Assembly (NCBI GenBank): GCA_036002525.1
Contig: DASYTG010000012.1
Span: 65,766 to 129,765, forward strand
Reading direction: 5' to 3'
Length of the DNA: 64,000 bases
From: Candidatus Limnocylindrales bacterium
GTDB taxonomy: Bacteria; Chloroflexota; Limnocylindria; Limnocylindrales; CSP1-4
Shown: piece by piece, positions 43,411 through 52,968 of the stretch
Numbering within the stretch: the stretch's first letter is position 1
How the letters are laid out: each line of letters begins with the position of its first letter
The notes under the pieces: generated by a model
What the model was told of the DNA's origin: nothing
The model's input: the letters and a program-made list of their open reading frames with translations, nothing else
The model's database searches: none
Program-made: the position numbers and the translations under genes

Positions 43411-43875
43411 ATGGGCGAGAAGACCATCGCCCTGAACCGGCGGGCCCGCCACGAGTTCACGATCGACGAGACGTTCGAGGCGGGCGTCGCCCTGACCGGG
43501 ACGGAGATCAAGTCGATCCGCGCGGGCAAGGTCAACCTGTCCAACGCCTATGCCCGGATCGAGCGGGCCGAGGCCTGGCTGATCGGCGCCGACATCGCCC
43601 CGTGGGCCCAGGGCAATCGCTGGAACCACGAGCCAAAGCGGACCCGCAAGCTCCTCCTCCACCGGTCCGAGATCGACGAGCTCCTCGGCCGGACGAAGGC
43701 CAAGGGCCAGACGATCGTCCCGCTCCGGCTCTACATCAACGACCGTGGCCGGGCAAAGCTCGAGCTGGGCCTGGCCCGCGGCAAGCAGCAGCACGACCGC
43801 CGTCGGGACATCGCCGAGCGGGACGCCCGTCGCGACATCGCCCGCGAGCTCGCGGACGTCCAGCGCGGTCGCTGA
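43411..43875 (+). CDS. smpB: SsrA-binding protein
   Basis: 154 aa with the canonical SmpB region (IALNRRARHEFTIDETFEAGVALTGTEIKSIR). Confidence 0.95.
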   Translation: MGEKTIALNRRARHEFTIDETFEAGVALTGTEIKSIRAGKVNLSNAYARIERAEAWLIGADIAPWAQGNRWNHEPKRTRKLLLHRSEIDELLGRTKAKGQTIVPLRLYINDRGRAKLELGLARGKQQHDRRRDIAERDARRDIARELADVQRGR

Positions 43876-43882
43876 CGGTCCG

Positions 43883-44956
43883 ATGGGGCCGGCCACACCT
43901 CCGCCCCGGCTCGGCCCGTTGATCCACGCAGTCGACGCGCATGCCGGCGGGGAACCTGGCCGGGTGATCGTGGGAGGCGTCGAGGACGTCCCCGGCGCGA
44001 CGATGTTCGAGAAGATGGTCTGGCTCCGGGAGAACCGGGACGACGTCCGCCTGCGAATGCTCCGCGAGCCCCGCGGCTACCCGGCGGCGAACTGCAACGT
44101 CCTCCTTCCGCCGGCCCACCCGGAGGCCGACGCCGGCTACGTGATCATGGAGCAGGTCGAATATCCTGGGATGTCCGGCACGAACACGATCTGCGTGGCG
44201 ACCGTTCTCCTCGAGACCGGGATCCTGCCGATGACCGAACCGGTCACCGAGCTGACGCTCGAGGCCCCGGCCGGGCTCATCCGGGTCCGGGCGGAATGCG
44301 CCGCGGGCAAGGTCCACGGCGTGACGTTCCGAAATGTCGCCTCGTTCGCGACCCATCTCGACGTCCGGATCGAGGTGCCGCAACTCGGCACGGTCCGGGT
44401 CGACGCGGCGTATGGCGGGATGTTCTACGTCATCGCCGACGCCGAGCCGTTCGGCCTCCGACTCACGCCGGACGAGGGCCGCGACATCGTCCGCATCAGC
44501 GAGATGATCAAGGCCGCGGCCGCGGACCAGCTGCCGGTTGTCCATCCCGAGCAGCCGGGCTTCGCCGGGATCACGATCGCCCAGCTGTCCGGACCACCCC
44601 ACGACCCGGCCAACGACCGGCGCAACGTCGTGACGGTGTCGACGGGCAAGCTCGATTGGGAGAAGCCGTCGACGTGGACGGGGGCGATCGACCGGTCGCC
44701 GTGCGGGACCGGGACGTGCGCGAAGATGGCGATCCTTCACGCCCGGGGCGAGCTGGGCCTCGACGAGGACTTCAGGCACGAGGGGATCCTCGGGACGGTC
44801 TTCACGGGCCGGCTTGTCGAGGAGACCACGGTCGGTGGCCGCCAGGCCGTTGTTCCCACGATCACCGGCGAGGCCTGGATCACCGGCTTCGCCAGCTACG
44901 CAATCGATCCGAAGGACCCGTTCCCGGACGGCTTCACGGTCGGCGACATCTGGTAA
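43883..44956 (+). CDS. Proline racemase family protein (Ser/Cys catalytic-pair subtype)
   Basis: 357 aa with family motifs. The first catalytic position reads MSGTNT (Ser in place of Cys); the second reads DRSPCGTGTCA (Cys retained). Confidence 0.75.
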   Translation: MGPATPPPRLGPLIHAVDAHAGGEPGRVIVGGVEDVPGATMFEKMVWLRENRDDVRLRMLREPRGYPAANCNVLLPPAHPEADAGYVIMEQVEYPGMSGTNTICVATVLLETGILPMTEPVTELTLEAPAGLIRVRAECAAGKVHGVTFRNVASFATHLDVRIEVPQLGTVRVDAAYGGMFYVIADAEPFGLRLTPDEGRDIVRISEMIKAAAADQLPVVHPEQPGFAGITIAQLSGPPHDPANDRRNVVTVSTGKLDWEKPSTWTGAIDRSPCGTGTCAKMAILHARGELGLDEDFRHEGILGTVFTGRLVEETTVGGRQAVVPTITGEAWITGFASYAIDPKDPFPDGFTVGDIW

Positions 44957-45077
44957 GGCCCCCAAGCCGGTGCGGGCGTTTCGCCCAGCGAACGGGTGCG
45001 ACGAACGGACGCGGCTGAACTCGCGCCCAGCCGACGTTTGCTTCGGTGGGCGATACGCGGCACCGGCGACCGCCCTC

Positions 45078-45106
45078 TTGGCGGAGGCGCGATCCTCCGC
45101 TACAAT
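45078..45106 (+). promoter_or_regulatory. Predicted promoter of ssrA
   Basis: TTGGCG, a 17-bp spacer, then TACAAT; about 34 nt upstream of the mature tmRNA 5' end. Confidence 0.45.
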
Positions 45107-45139
45107 GGATCGGAACGTCGAACGGACGTTCGGTCCTGT

Positions 45140-45515
45140 GGGGATGTGTGGTTTCGACAGGGCTCGGAAGACGGAGAACGCGAGCCGAGGTGCCGTCAGG
45201 CCTCGTTAAACAGGCGGCAAAAACGAAGTACCTGGCAACCGCCAGTCGACTCTCGCCGTCGCTGCGTAAGCAGCTAGTGTGAGCGTGGAAGCCACCTCGG
45301 TCCCGCGGGTGGCGGAAGCGTCATTAAGCGGGGCTGCAGCCCGGGCGAGCGTCGCGTAACCCGGGATCAAGCTCGATCTAGAGACACGCGGCTGGACCGG
45401 CCGGAACCCTGCCGATGGGGGTTCGACCGGTCGACGACAAAGCATCGGACACGCTCGTAGTGGTCTCCGCCGAAGGGTTCTGGACGGGGAGTTCGACTCT
45501 CCCCCATCTCCACCA
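45140..45515 (+). ncRNA. ssrA: Transfer-messenger RNA (tmRNA, SsrA)
   Basis: The 5' end GGGGAUGUGUGGUUUCGACAGGG and the 3' end GGACGGGGAGUUCGACUCUCCCCCAUCUCCACCA (T-arm plus CCA) are both present. The acceptor stem has a G3:U wobble, the alanine identity element. The tag reading frame ends ...QSTLAVAA followed by UAA. Conserved synteny after smpB. Confidence 0.92.
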
Positions 45516-45557
45516 TTTCATGCCAGAAGCAGCCGTCGCGCCTTTCGGCGCGCGCAG

Positions 45558-47429
45558 CTACGGCGCGGGCGAATCCTCGCTGGTCGTGTCGTCTGCCGGG
45601 CCCACGAGCACGATCCCCGTGATGCGGGCGTAGTGCGAGTAGTACAGGTTGCGGTGGATGACGCGGCCGTTTGCGTCGGTGACGATTCGGGTGACCCAGA
45701 CGTCCTTGCCGTCGACCGGCCATTCGATCCGCTTCGTCTTGCCGGCCGGGAGGCTGCTCGTGTACTGGACGGAGTCGGTCGCCGGCCGCACGTTCCTGAC
45801 GATCGGCCTGGTGAACGTCACCCGTCGCCCGGTCGGGACGCTGTAGAGATCGAACCGCGTGTAGCCCCTTCCGCCGTCGCGAGTGTTGATTCCGCGGATG
45901 AGGATCGGGTACTTCGTGTCGTTCGTGAACGACATCGACTGGCGCGAGCCGGACCCGCTGATGAACACCGTGGCGTCGAGTCCCAGCGGGTAGCGGTCGA
46001 TGTAGTAGTAGTGGTTGCGACGCGCGCCCATCTTCAGGCCGGCCCGGAGAGCGGCGTTGAAGAGCGTCGTCGAAGAGGAGCAGATCCCGCCGGCCAATGC
46101 GCCCTGCGGCTCCGTCCGTCCGTTGATGATCGCCCCACCGTCGGTGAAGCCGCGGGCACGGGTGACCGGGCCGACCGCCCGCCAGTAGTCGAACGTCTCG
46201 CCCGGCCCGACAACATAGCCGTCGATGAGCTTGGCCGGGATCCAGATGTTGGCCCCGAAGCCGTTCTTTTCGCCGATCGGGAAGTAGGTCGTCCAGGTCG
46301 AGATCCGGGTCATGAGCGGGGCGACCTCTCGGGCCTCCTCGGTCGTGACGGCGGGCTCGGTAACTGTCACGACCCCCGCGACGGCCGGCGCCCCGCCGTT
46401 CGTCGCGCGCGCCTGGAGGGTCTCGAGGAGGAGCTTCGAGGTAGCCTTGACGTCGAGCGTCCGGCCGTCCCGGCCGGCGGTGACCCCGAACACGGAGCCA
46501 CTCTTCGCGACGAGGAACGACGCGTTCCGCGGCGCGATCCTGACCTCCGACGCGATCTCGTCGAGCGTCTTGTTCGGTCCGCTGACGTTGAAGACGGGGA
46601 CGTACCGTCCGTCGACGGTCGCCGCCAGGCGCAGCCACTTCCGGACGGTCGAGGCCTTGATCGTCCACTTGTCGTCGCCGACGGTCACGTCGATATCGCC
46701 GGCGATCCGCTCGGCGGCCCCCTTCGCTGCGATGGCCTCGGCCGTCGTGATCGTGGGCTCGATCTCGGAGGTCGGGATCGCGACCTCGATCCGGGCGGGC
46801 GCGTCAAGCCTGAGAAGAGCATTCGTCGCCTGGTGGAGGGGAGCCTCCCGCTCTGCCTTCACGCCGTTCCGCCCGGCCGCCAGCTGGTACCCCGAGGCGA
46901 TCAGGGTCACCGATGCGTCGGCAGGGTTGCGCTCGAGAAACGACGCAGCGGCATTGACGCGCGTCGCGAGACCGGCTTCGTCGATCAGCATCCGCGGCTC
47001 GAGCTCGACGCCGCGAATGGCCGTCCGGGCGTTGCCGACGATCCGATCGAACGGGGAACCCGATCGGCCGATCCCGGCAGCAGTCTCGACAAGCGCGTCG
47101 ACGTCGATCCGGCGGCCCAGATCCGCGTACGGGATCCGGATCGCCCGGTCGCCGGCCAGCAGGACGAGCTCACCGTCGCCGGCGGTGGCGAAGGCGGCCG
47201 CCAGGCGACTTCGGGCGGAGTCAGGGCTGAGGCCCGAGAGGTCGACCGAGCCGACGTGGACACCTGGCAGGATCCGGCCCTCATAGTGCCGGTCGAACGC
47301 GTAGAGCGCGCCCGCCCCGAGCACGAGGACGGCTGCCACCCCCGCCGCGAAGGCAGCGAGGAACCGGGACCGGGCCACCGTAGATGGCCGGGCGGTCGTG
47401 AGCGGAGCGGTGTCCGTGGCGGTGGTCAT
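45558..47429 (-). CDS. VanW family protein (N-terminal TM anchor, peptidoglycan-binding-like region, VanW domain)
   Basis: 624 aa from the internal Met MTTATDT. The VanW-domain region contains GGICSSSTTLFNAALRAGL. Confidence 0.7.
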   Translation of the reverse strand: MTTATDTAPLTTARPSTVARSRFLAAFAAGVAAVLVLGAGALYAFDRHYEGRILPGVHVGSVDLSGLSPDSARSRLAAAFATAGDGELVLLAGDRAIRIPYADLGRRIDVDALVETAAGIGRSGSPFDRIVGNARTAIRGVELEPRMLIDEAGLATRVNAAASFLERNPADASVTLIASGYQLAAGRNGVKAEREAPLHQATNALLRLDAPARIEVAIPTSEIEPTITTAEAIAAKGAAERIAGDIDVTVGDDKWTIKASTVRKWLRLAATVDGRYVPVFNVSGPNKTLDEIASEVRIAPRNASFLVAKSGSVFGVTAGRDGRTLDVKATSKLLLETLQARATNGGAPAVAGVVTVTEPAVTTEEAREVAPLMTRISTWTTYFPIGEKNGFGANIWIPAKLIDGYVVGPGETFDYWRAVGPVTRARGFTDGGAIINGRTEPQGALAGGICSSSTTLFNAALRAGLKMGARRNHYYYIDRYPLGLDATVFISGSGSRQSMSFTNDTKYPILIRGINTRDGGRGYTRFDLYSVPTGRRVTFTRPIVRNVRPATDSVQYTSSLPAGKTKRIEWPVDGKDVWVTRIVTDANGRVIHRNLYYSHYARITGIVLVGPADDTTSEDSPAP

Positions 47430-47543
47430 CGTGGGGCGACATCCTATCAGCGCGGGTATCGCGGGGACGTGACGAGCGACGCTCGGGCGGAACAGGGACG
47501 CACCAGACTGCCCGATCGTGACGCCGGGCAAGTCCGCGGCCAC

Positions 47544-47575
47544 CCCCCAAAAAAGGTCCCGCCGGCCGGCCGGAA
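47544..47575 (-). terminator. Putative intrinsic terminator downstream of jag
   Basis: On the minus strand, a GC palindrome (CCGGCCGGCCGG) is followed by TTTTTT. T-tracts are rare in this sequence. Confidence 0.35.
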
Positions 47576-47577
47576 GG

Positions 47578-48708
47578 TCAGACCTCCCGGGGCAGCACCA
47601 CGATCCGCCGGTTCGGCTCCTCGCCTATCGACTGGGTGGCCACGGCCGCGTTCTCACGGAGGGCGATGTGGACCCAGCGCCGCTCGAGGGCGGGCATCGG
47701 CTCGAGCTGGAGCATCTTTCCGGTCTCCACCACCCGAGCGGCCGCCCGCATGGCGAGGTCCCGGAGCTGCCGCTCTCGCCTGCCGCGGTAGTCCTCCACG
47801 TCGACGAGGACACGGGTCCAGCCGCCCATCCGGCGCGACAGCATGAGGTTCACGAGGTGCTGGAGGGCGGACAGCCGCTCGCCCTTCCTGCCTATCAGGG
47901 CCCCGAGCGCATCCTTCTCGTCGCCGTCGCCGACGACGTTGAGGCGGCTCGTGTCGCCCGTCTCCAGCTCGACCTTGACCTGGAACCCCAGGTGGCGCAT
48001 GAGCTCCTCGAGGATCTCCTGGCCCGCGGCCAGGGCCTCTGGCGAGGCTTCAGCGGCCTCAAGGTCGGCCCGCTCGGCTGCCAGGGAACCGCGCGCCGCG
48101 GCCACCTCGGCGGCTTCGCTCGCGGTCAGCGCCGATTGGGCCGGGCGGCGGCCGCGATCCTCGCGCCGTGGACCGCGCTCGCGATCGTCGCGGCGTGGAC
48201 TGCGGCCGGCCTCGCCGCCGGGCGCGGCATCCGAACGGAATCCCGCGTCGGCGGCCATCGGTCGCGGGGCGCGGTCTCGGTCCCGGTCACCTTCCGGTCG
48301 GGGACGCCGGTCACGTTCGTCGCGTCGCGGGCCGCGGTCGCGGTCACGGTCGCGGTCGCCTTCGGGACGCGGGCGGTCACCTTCCGGGCGGGGCGGCCGG
48401 CGGTCACGGTCGTCGCGCCGCGGCCCGCGGTCGCGGTCTCGGTCGCCGTATCGCGGGCGGTCCTCGCGCGGCGGCGGTGGTGGGAGTGGCTGGGCCGCGG
48501 CCGCGTCCCGTTTCGGGGCGGCCCCGCCGAGCGCCGTACGGGGCGCCGCGACGATCCTCGCCGGCTCGGCGCCCATCCCGAGCACGCCCCGGCTGCCCGG
48601 AGTGAGGATCTCGAAGTCGAGGTCGTTCAGCTCGGCGCCGAACGCCTCACGGGCGCTGCGCAGGGCCTCCTCGACCGTCTTGCCGGTGAATTCGCGATAG
48701 ACACTCAT
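47578..48708 (-). CDS. jag: Jag / KhpB RNA-binding protein (KH and R3H domains)
   Basis: N-terminal Jag_N region, C-terminal KH domain (LNVVGDGDEKDALGALIGRKGERLSALQHLVNLM) and R3H domain. A roughly 80-aa Arg/Asp/Pro repeat linker lies between them. Downstream of yidC. The start is taken at the Met of MSVYREF. Confidence 0.8.
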   Translation of the reverse strand: MSVYREFTGKTVEEALRSAREAFGAELNDLDFEILTPGSRGVLGMGAEPARIVAAPRTALGGAAPKRDAAAAQPLPPPPPREDRPRYGDRDRDRGPRRDDRDRRPPRPEGDRPRPEGDRDRDRDRGPRRDERDRRPRPEGDRDRDRAPRPMAADAGFRSDAAPGGEAGRSPRRDDRERGPRREDRGRRPAQSALTASEAAEVAAARGSLAAERADLEAAEASPEALAAGQEILEELMRHLGFQVKVELETGDTSRLNVVGDGDEKDALGALIGRKGERLSALQHLVNLMLSRRMGGWTRVLVDVEDYRGRRERQLRDLAMRAAARVVETGKMLQLEPMPALERRWVHIALRENAAVATQSIGEEPNRRIVVLPREV

Positions 48709-48709
48709 G

Positions 48710-49945
48710 TCAGCGTCGCCTCCCTCGTCGGCCTTGCCTGCCCCGCTCACGGGGGCGAATCGTCTTGTTGGCCGAAGTGGCTCGGTTGGTGGAGTCGCGC
48801 GACGGCGAGGTCGGCGACCGCTTGGTGGGATCCGGTGGCGGCAGGCTCACCGGGAATCGGGGGGTGTGGTTCGTCGCAAAGGCCGGCCTCCAGCCGAACA
48901 GCGGGAACATCGCGCCCCAGCCCACGATCAGGTACTGCTGGACGATCGAGAACAGCGTCGCGACGATCCAGTAGATGAACAGGCCCGCCGGGAGGATGGA
49001 CCCCCAGGCGATCGAGATCAACGGCAGGAACAGCATCATCTGCCGCTGGACACGGAGGTTCGGATCGTCGTTGTTCGGGTCCGCCGGGGTCAGCATCATC
49101 CGCGACTGGATGAGCTGGAGGATGGCCGACACGATCGACAGGATCCCGAGGCCGCTGAGGAAGTTGCCGGCCGTGCCGATGAATACCTCGGGCACGCTGA
49201 CGTTCAGGCCGCCGAGCCACGGCACGATCGGATCGATGCACGGCCTGACGTGATTGGGCGCGTCGAAGATCGGCGCAGTTGGGCACATCAGCGGCACGAT
49301 CTGGATGCCCGCGATCTGCAGCATCTGGGTCGGGTTGAAGTTCGTGATCCCGTTCTGGATCACCGAGTAGATGATGAAGAGCAGGGGCAGCTGGAGGAGG
49401 ATCGGCAGGCAGCCGGAGACCGGATTGACTCCGCGCTCGCGCATGATCTCCTGTTGCGCCTGCTGGGCCTTCATCCGATCGCCCTTGTAGCGGCGCTTCG
49501 CCTCGGCCAGCTCGGGCTGGAGCATCTGCATCCGGCGCTGGGAGACAAGCTGTCGGCGGAACAGCGGGATCAGCAGGGTCCGGACGACGAGCGTCAAGGC
49601 GATGATCGCGATCCCGATCGCGCCCGGGACGCCGGCTGAATGCAGTGCGACGTAGCTCGCGGCGAGCACGATGAACAGGGCCTGGAAGATCGGCGTGAAC
49701 AGCCAGGCGAACAGGTTCAGCGGGTCGGTCGGCTGGGCCGGGTGGAGAGGAACCGCGGCGGGGTTGGGCGTGGGCGACTGGCCCGGCGCGCCGCTCCCGC
49801 CTGGCGCCCCACCTCCGCACGCCGCGACGACGAGGGCGATTCCAAGGAGCGCGAGGAGGGGGAGGAGCCACGGCCGCGCGGCCTGGATTCGGGTCAAGCG
49901 CCGGGGCCCTCGTCCTCGGGCGACCGGCCTATCGGACCGGGTCAT
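48710..49945 (-). CDS. yidC: Membrane protein insertase YidC
   Basis: YidC/Oxa1 core (CLPILLQLPLLFIIYSVIQ plus the C-terminal TM helices). N-terminal lipoprotein-like signal (LVVAACGG). Confidence 0.9.
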   Translation of the reverse strand: MTRSDRPVARGRGPRRLTRIQAARPWLLPLLALLGIALVVAACGGGAPGGSGAPGQSPTPNPAAVPLHPAQPTDPLNLFAWLFTPIFQALFIVLAASYVALHSAGVPGAIGIAIIALTLVVRTLLIPLFRRQLVSQRRMQMLQPELAEAKRRYKGDRMKAQQAQQEIMRERGVNPVSGCLPILLQLPLLFIIYSVIQNGITNFNPTQMLQIAGIQIVPLMCPTAPIFDAPNHVRPCIDPIVPWLGGLNVSVPEVFIGTAGNFLSGLGILSIVSAILQLIQSRMMLTPADPNNDDPNLRVQRQMMLFLPLISIAWGSILPAGLFIYWIVATLFSIVQQYLIVGWGAMFPLFGWRPAFATNHTPRFPVSLPPPDPTKRSPTSPSRDSTNRATSANKTIRPRERGRQGRRGRRR

Positions 49946-50135
49946 AGCCGCCCGGGTTCCACGGGTGGCAGCGGGCGATCCGCCGCGCTCCCATCCAGCT
50001 GCCCCTGAGCAACCCGTACTTCTCGATCGCCTGCTCCGTGTAGCGCGAGCAGGTGGGTTCGAACCGACAGGACGACGGGAGCCAGCCGAACACGAACCGG
50101 TACAGCCGGATGAGTCCGATACCGAGGCGCTTCAC
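49929..50135 (-). CDS. yidD: Membrane protein insertion efficiency factor YidD
   Basis: 68 aa (CRFEPTCSRYTEQAIEKYG...GGYDPV), the canonical YidD pattern. Confidence 0.9.
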   Translation of the reverse strand: MKRLGIGLIRLYRFVFGWLPSSCRFEPTCSRYTEQAIEKYGLLRGSWMGARRIARCHPWNPGGYDPVR

Positions 50136-50464
50136 GTCGTCGGTCCTTTCAGCACGCCGCCGCGGGTGAGCACCCGGCGCACGGCCCCGACCAGTGCGTC
50201 GTGGTCGGCCTCGACGAGCGCGGGCCGGGCGATGATGAGGACGTCCCAGCCGGGCTGGAACGAGGGCGCCATCACCCTGAGCGCCTCGCGAAGTCGTCGT
50301 CTGATCCGATTGCGGATGACCGCGCCGCCGAGCTTGCGCCCGGTCGACAGTCCGAATCGGGTCGTCTCGAGATCGGTCCGCAGAAACCGGGCGACGAGGA
50401 GCGGGTGGGACCGGCTGGTCCCGCTGCCCTGGATCGCGGCGAAGTCCTGCGGCCGGGAGAGCAT
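50132..50464 (-). CDS. rnpA: Ribonuclease P protein component
   Basis: RnpA-like, with the basic RNR motif (VIRNRIRRRLREA). Start taken at the internal Met MLSRPQDF; the upstream part of the 186-aa ORF is spurious. Confidence 0.8.
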   Translation of the reverse strand: MLSRPQDFAAIQGSGTSRSHPLLVARFLRTDLETTRFGLSTGRKLGGAVIRNRIRRRLREALRVMAPSFQPGWDVLIIARPALVEADHDALVGAVRRVLTRGGVLKGPTT

Positions 50465-50499
50465 CACGAGCCGCGGCGGATGAGAGCCGGGCTCGATCG

Positions 50500-50634
50500 T
50501 CAGGCCGTCAGCCGCTTCCGACCCCGAGCCCGCCGTGCGGCAAGGATCCGGCGGCCCCCGGTGGTCTTCATCCGGGCGCGGAAACCATGCTCCCTGGCGC
50601 GATGGCGCTTCTTGGGCTGGTAGGTCTGCTTCAT
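50500..50634 (-). CDS. rpmH: 50S ribosomal protein L34
   Basis: [44 protein letters not shown] (44 aa) is a full-length match to bL34. It lies hidden at the 3' end of the spurious 763-aa ORF. Confidence 0.95.
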   Translation of the reverse strand: MKQTYQPKKRHRAREHGFRARMKTTGGRRILAARRARGRKRLTA

Positions 50635-51084
50635 CGGGGCTGTGCGCGATCCTCTCCATCCGAACTCGGGGCTCGACGATTCTCGACCCCATGAGGCACG
50701 CAAACGCGCCTGGCGCCCCGTGAGCGCAGCGGCGCGTTCGTCGTCTGGCGGATGATAGGTCGGGCCCTTCCGGAGTGTCAAACCTCGGAGGCGCACGGCG
50801 GACCTCGCGCGCATTGGGCGGTAGATTCGCGCTATACCCCCCGGGGGTATTGCGAGATTTCCTTGCGACGCGCCATCGGGCGGTGCTATCCTCTGCGGGC
50901 CCTCGGCGCCGGGAACGCTCATGGGTCGTCCCTTGGGAGCCTTGGAGGGAGCTCGGGGGAAACTGAAACGACTCTCCATCCCGGCCACGTTACCCACCGC
51001 GCACCAGTGTCCCTGCACGGATTCGGCGATTCCCGCCGGCCGTCCATCTGTCGTCCACTCCGCACAGCAGGCATCGACTTCTGA

Positions 51085-52458
51085 ATGGATGCGAAGCAGG
51101 TCTGGCGCGCCGCTCTCGGTGAGTTGCAGGTCTCTCTCTCCCCGGCGAACTTCGAGACCTGGTTGCGCGACACGGCGCTCGTCGACGTCGACGACCATCG
51201 CTTCAGGATCGCCGTTCCGAATGGCTTCGCGAAGGACTGGCTCGAGACCCGCTACCGCTCGTTGATCTCCCAGACGCTGGCGCGAATCGTCGGTTACAGC
51301 GTCCAGGTCGAGTTCGTCATCAACACCGCGGCGGACGCGGGCACGCTCGACGCGAGCGGCAACGGAACGACGCCGGCGCCGGGGCCGGCGCCCGTCCGGC
51401 TCGAACCGACCCGCGTCGGGGGCGAAGGCGGCACGACCAACCTCAACCCGCGGTACACGTTCGCGAACTTCATCGTCGGTTCCGCCAACCGCCTCGCCCA
51501 CGCGGCCAGCCTGTCCGTCGCGGAACGCCCGGGCCACGCCTACAACCCGCTGTTCCTGTACGGCGGCGTGGGCCTCGGGAAGACCCACCTGATGCACGCG
51601 ATCGGGAACCAGGTCATGGCCAAGTTCCCGCGCAAGCGAGTCGTCTACGCGACGAGCGAAAAGTTCACCAACGAGTTCATCACGAGCATCCAGCAGGGCA
51701 AGATCGACGAGTTCCGCGCGCGCTACCGGCGAATCGACCTCCTGCTGATCGACGACATCCAGTTCATCGCCGACAAGGAGCGAACGCAGGAAGAGTTCTT
51801 CCACACGTTCAACGCGATTCACGAAGACGGCAAGCAGATCGTCCTGAGCTCGGACCGGCCGCCGAAGGCGATCCTGACGCTCGAGGAACGACTGCGCAGC
51901 CGCTTCGAGTGGGGTCTCATCGCGGATCTCACCGCGCCCGACCTGGAGACGCGGATCGCGATCCTGCGGGCAAAGGCGGAGGAGGGCGCGGTCCCGATCA
52001 CGTCGGACGTCATCGAGTTCATCGCTCGCAAGGTGGTCAGCAACATCCGCGAGCTCGAGGGCGCCCTCAACCGGATCGTCGCCTACGCGAGCATGGGCGC
52101 GATGCCGATCAGCATCGAGCTCGCCCAGGCCGTCCTCTCGAACGTCCTCTACAACCCGAAGAAGCGCCAGGTCACGCCCGAACGGATCGCCAAGGCCGTC
52201 GCCGATTACTACGGCGTCCAGATGGAGGCACTCAAGGGCCAGAAGCGCGACAAGGCGATCGTCATGCCGCGCCAGATCGCGATGTTCCTCATGCGCGAAG
52301 AGACGGACGTATCGCTCCTCCGGATCGGCGCCGAGCTCGGTGGGCGGGATCACTCGACGGTGCTCCACGCCTGCGACAAGATCACCCGGGAGTCGGCTGT
52401 CAACGACGAGCTCCGGCGGGAGATCGCCGCGGTCCGCGAGTTGATCTACGCCGACTGA
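51085..52458 (+). CDS. dnaA: Chromosomal replication initiator protein DnaA
   Basis: 457 aa. N-terminal domain I, Pro/Gly/Ala-rich linker, AAA+ Walker A ([10 protein letters not shown]) and the domain IV DNA-binding region. Confidence 0.97.
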   Translation: MDAKQVWRAALGELQVSLSPANFETWLRDTALVDVDDHRFRIAVPNGFAKDWLETRYRSLISQTLARIVGYSVQVEFVINTAADAGTLDASGNGTTPAPGPAPVRLEPTRVGGEGGTTNLNPRYTFANFIVGSANRLAHAASLSVAERPGHAYNPLFLYGGVGLGKTHLMHAIGNQVMAKFPRKRVVYATSEKFTNEFITSIQQGKIDEFRARYRRIDLLLIDDIQFIADKERTQEEFFHTFNAIHEDGKQIVLSSDRPPKAILTLEERLRSRFEWGLIADLTAPDLETRIAILRAKAEEGAVPITSDVIEFIARKVVSNIRELEGALNRIVAYASMGAMPISIELAQAVLSNVLYNPKKRQVTPERIAKAVADYYGVQMEALKGQKRDKAIVMPRQIAMFLMREETDVSLLRIGAELGGRDHSTVLHACDKITRESAVNDELRREIAAVRELIYAD

Positions 52459-52968
52459 CGGGCGGCCGCCGCGCCGGGCGCGCCGGCCCCGCCGGCCCCC
52501 GCACCCTCCGGCCGCCGCAACGAATATGCAATGCCGCGTGGGCACCCTGGAAGGCTTCCGTAATCCGGCGGTGGATAACGGCCCTCCATCGGTGGACAAG
52601 CGAGGGTCGATGTGGACATCCACCGATGCCGGCCGGGGAAAACGCGTGCGCGCACGACGCATGTTCGGACGGCCTCGGGCCGCCCGGCCGTCGGTCGCCG
52701 AAACCATCCACCGGCCCATCCCGGCCCAGTCCCCGACCGGCAGCCGGTCGTCCACGCCGGCGGGCGGGCCATCCACCGGCCGGCCCCGCACGGCCGCTCG
52801 GGACCGTCCACCGTCTCAACACCGTTATGACGGTGATGACGGACTTCGTAGAAAGAGGGAAGATACCGACACTCAGGTGCCGGCACCCTCAACGCGGAAC
52901 GATCGCCCGCCCTCCGAGGTCCAGGGCGGAGCGCCGCGACGCCCCTGGCCCGAGGAGGTGAGCCCGAC
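52459..52968. promoter_or_regulatory. Candidate oriC (DnaA-box cluster plus AT-rich element) in the dnaA-dnaN spacer
   Basis: At least seven TCCAC-core DnaA-box-like 9-mers, e.g. GTTATCCAC (reverse complement, 52570-52579), TTGTCCACC (reverse complement), TGTGGACA, and several ATCCACC. The stretch from about 52821 to 52875 is comparatively AT-rich. In actinobacteria oriC lies between dnaA and dnaN. Confidence 0.6.

Noticed and set aside
44996-45445. Three small ORFs (93, 78 and 79 aa)
   Set aside because: They overlap the tmRNA gene; the RNA interpretation is far better supported.
50635-51084. rpmH-dnaA spacer as oriC
   Set aside because: It contains only two weak DnaA-box-like 9-mers. The dnaA-dnaN spacer has a much denser cluster, so it is preferred; a bipartite origin is not excluded.
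50500-52791. 763-aa minus-strand ORF
   Set aside because: Only its last 44 codons (rpmH) are genuine. The rest is antisense to dnaA and the oriC spacer.
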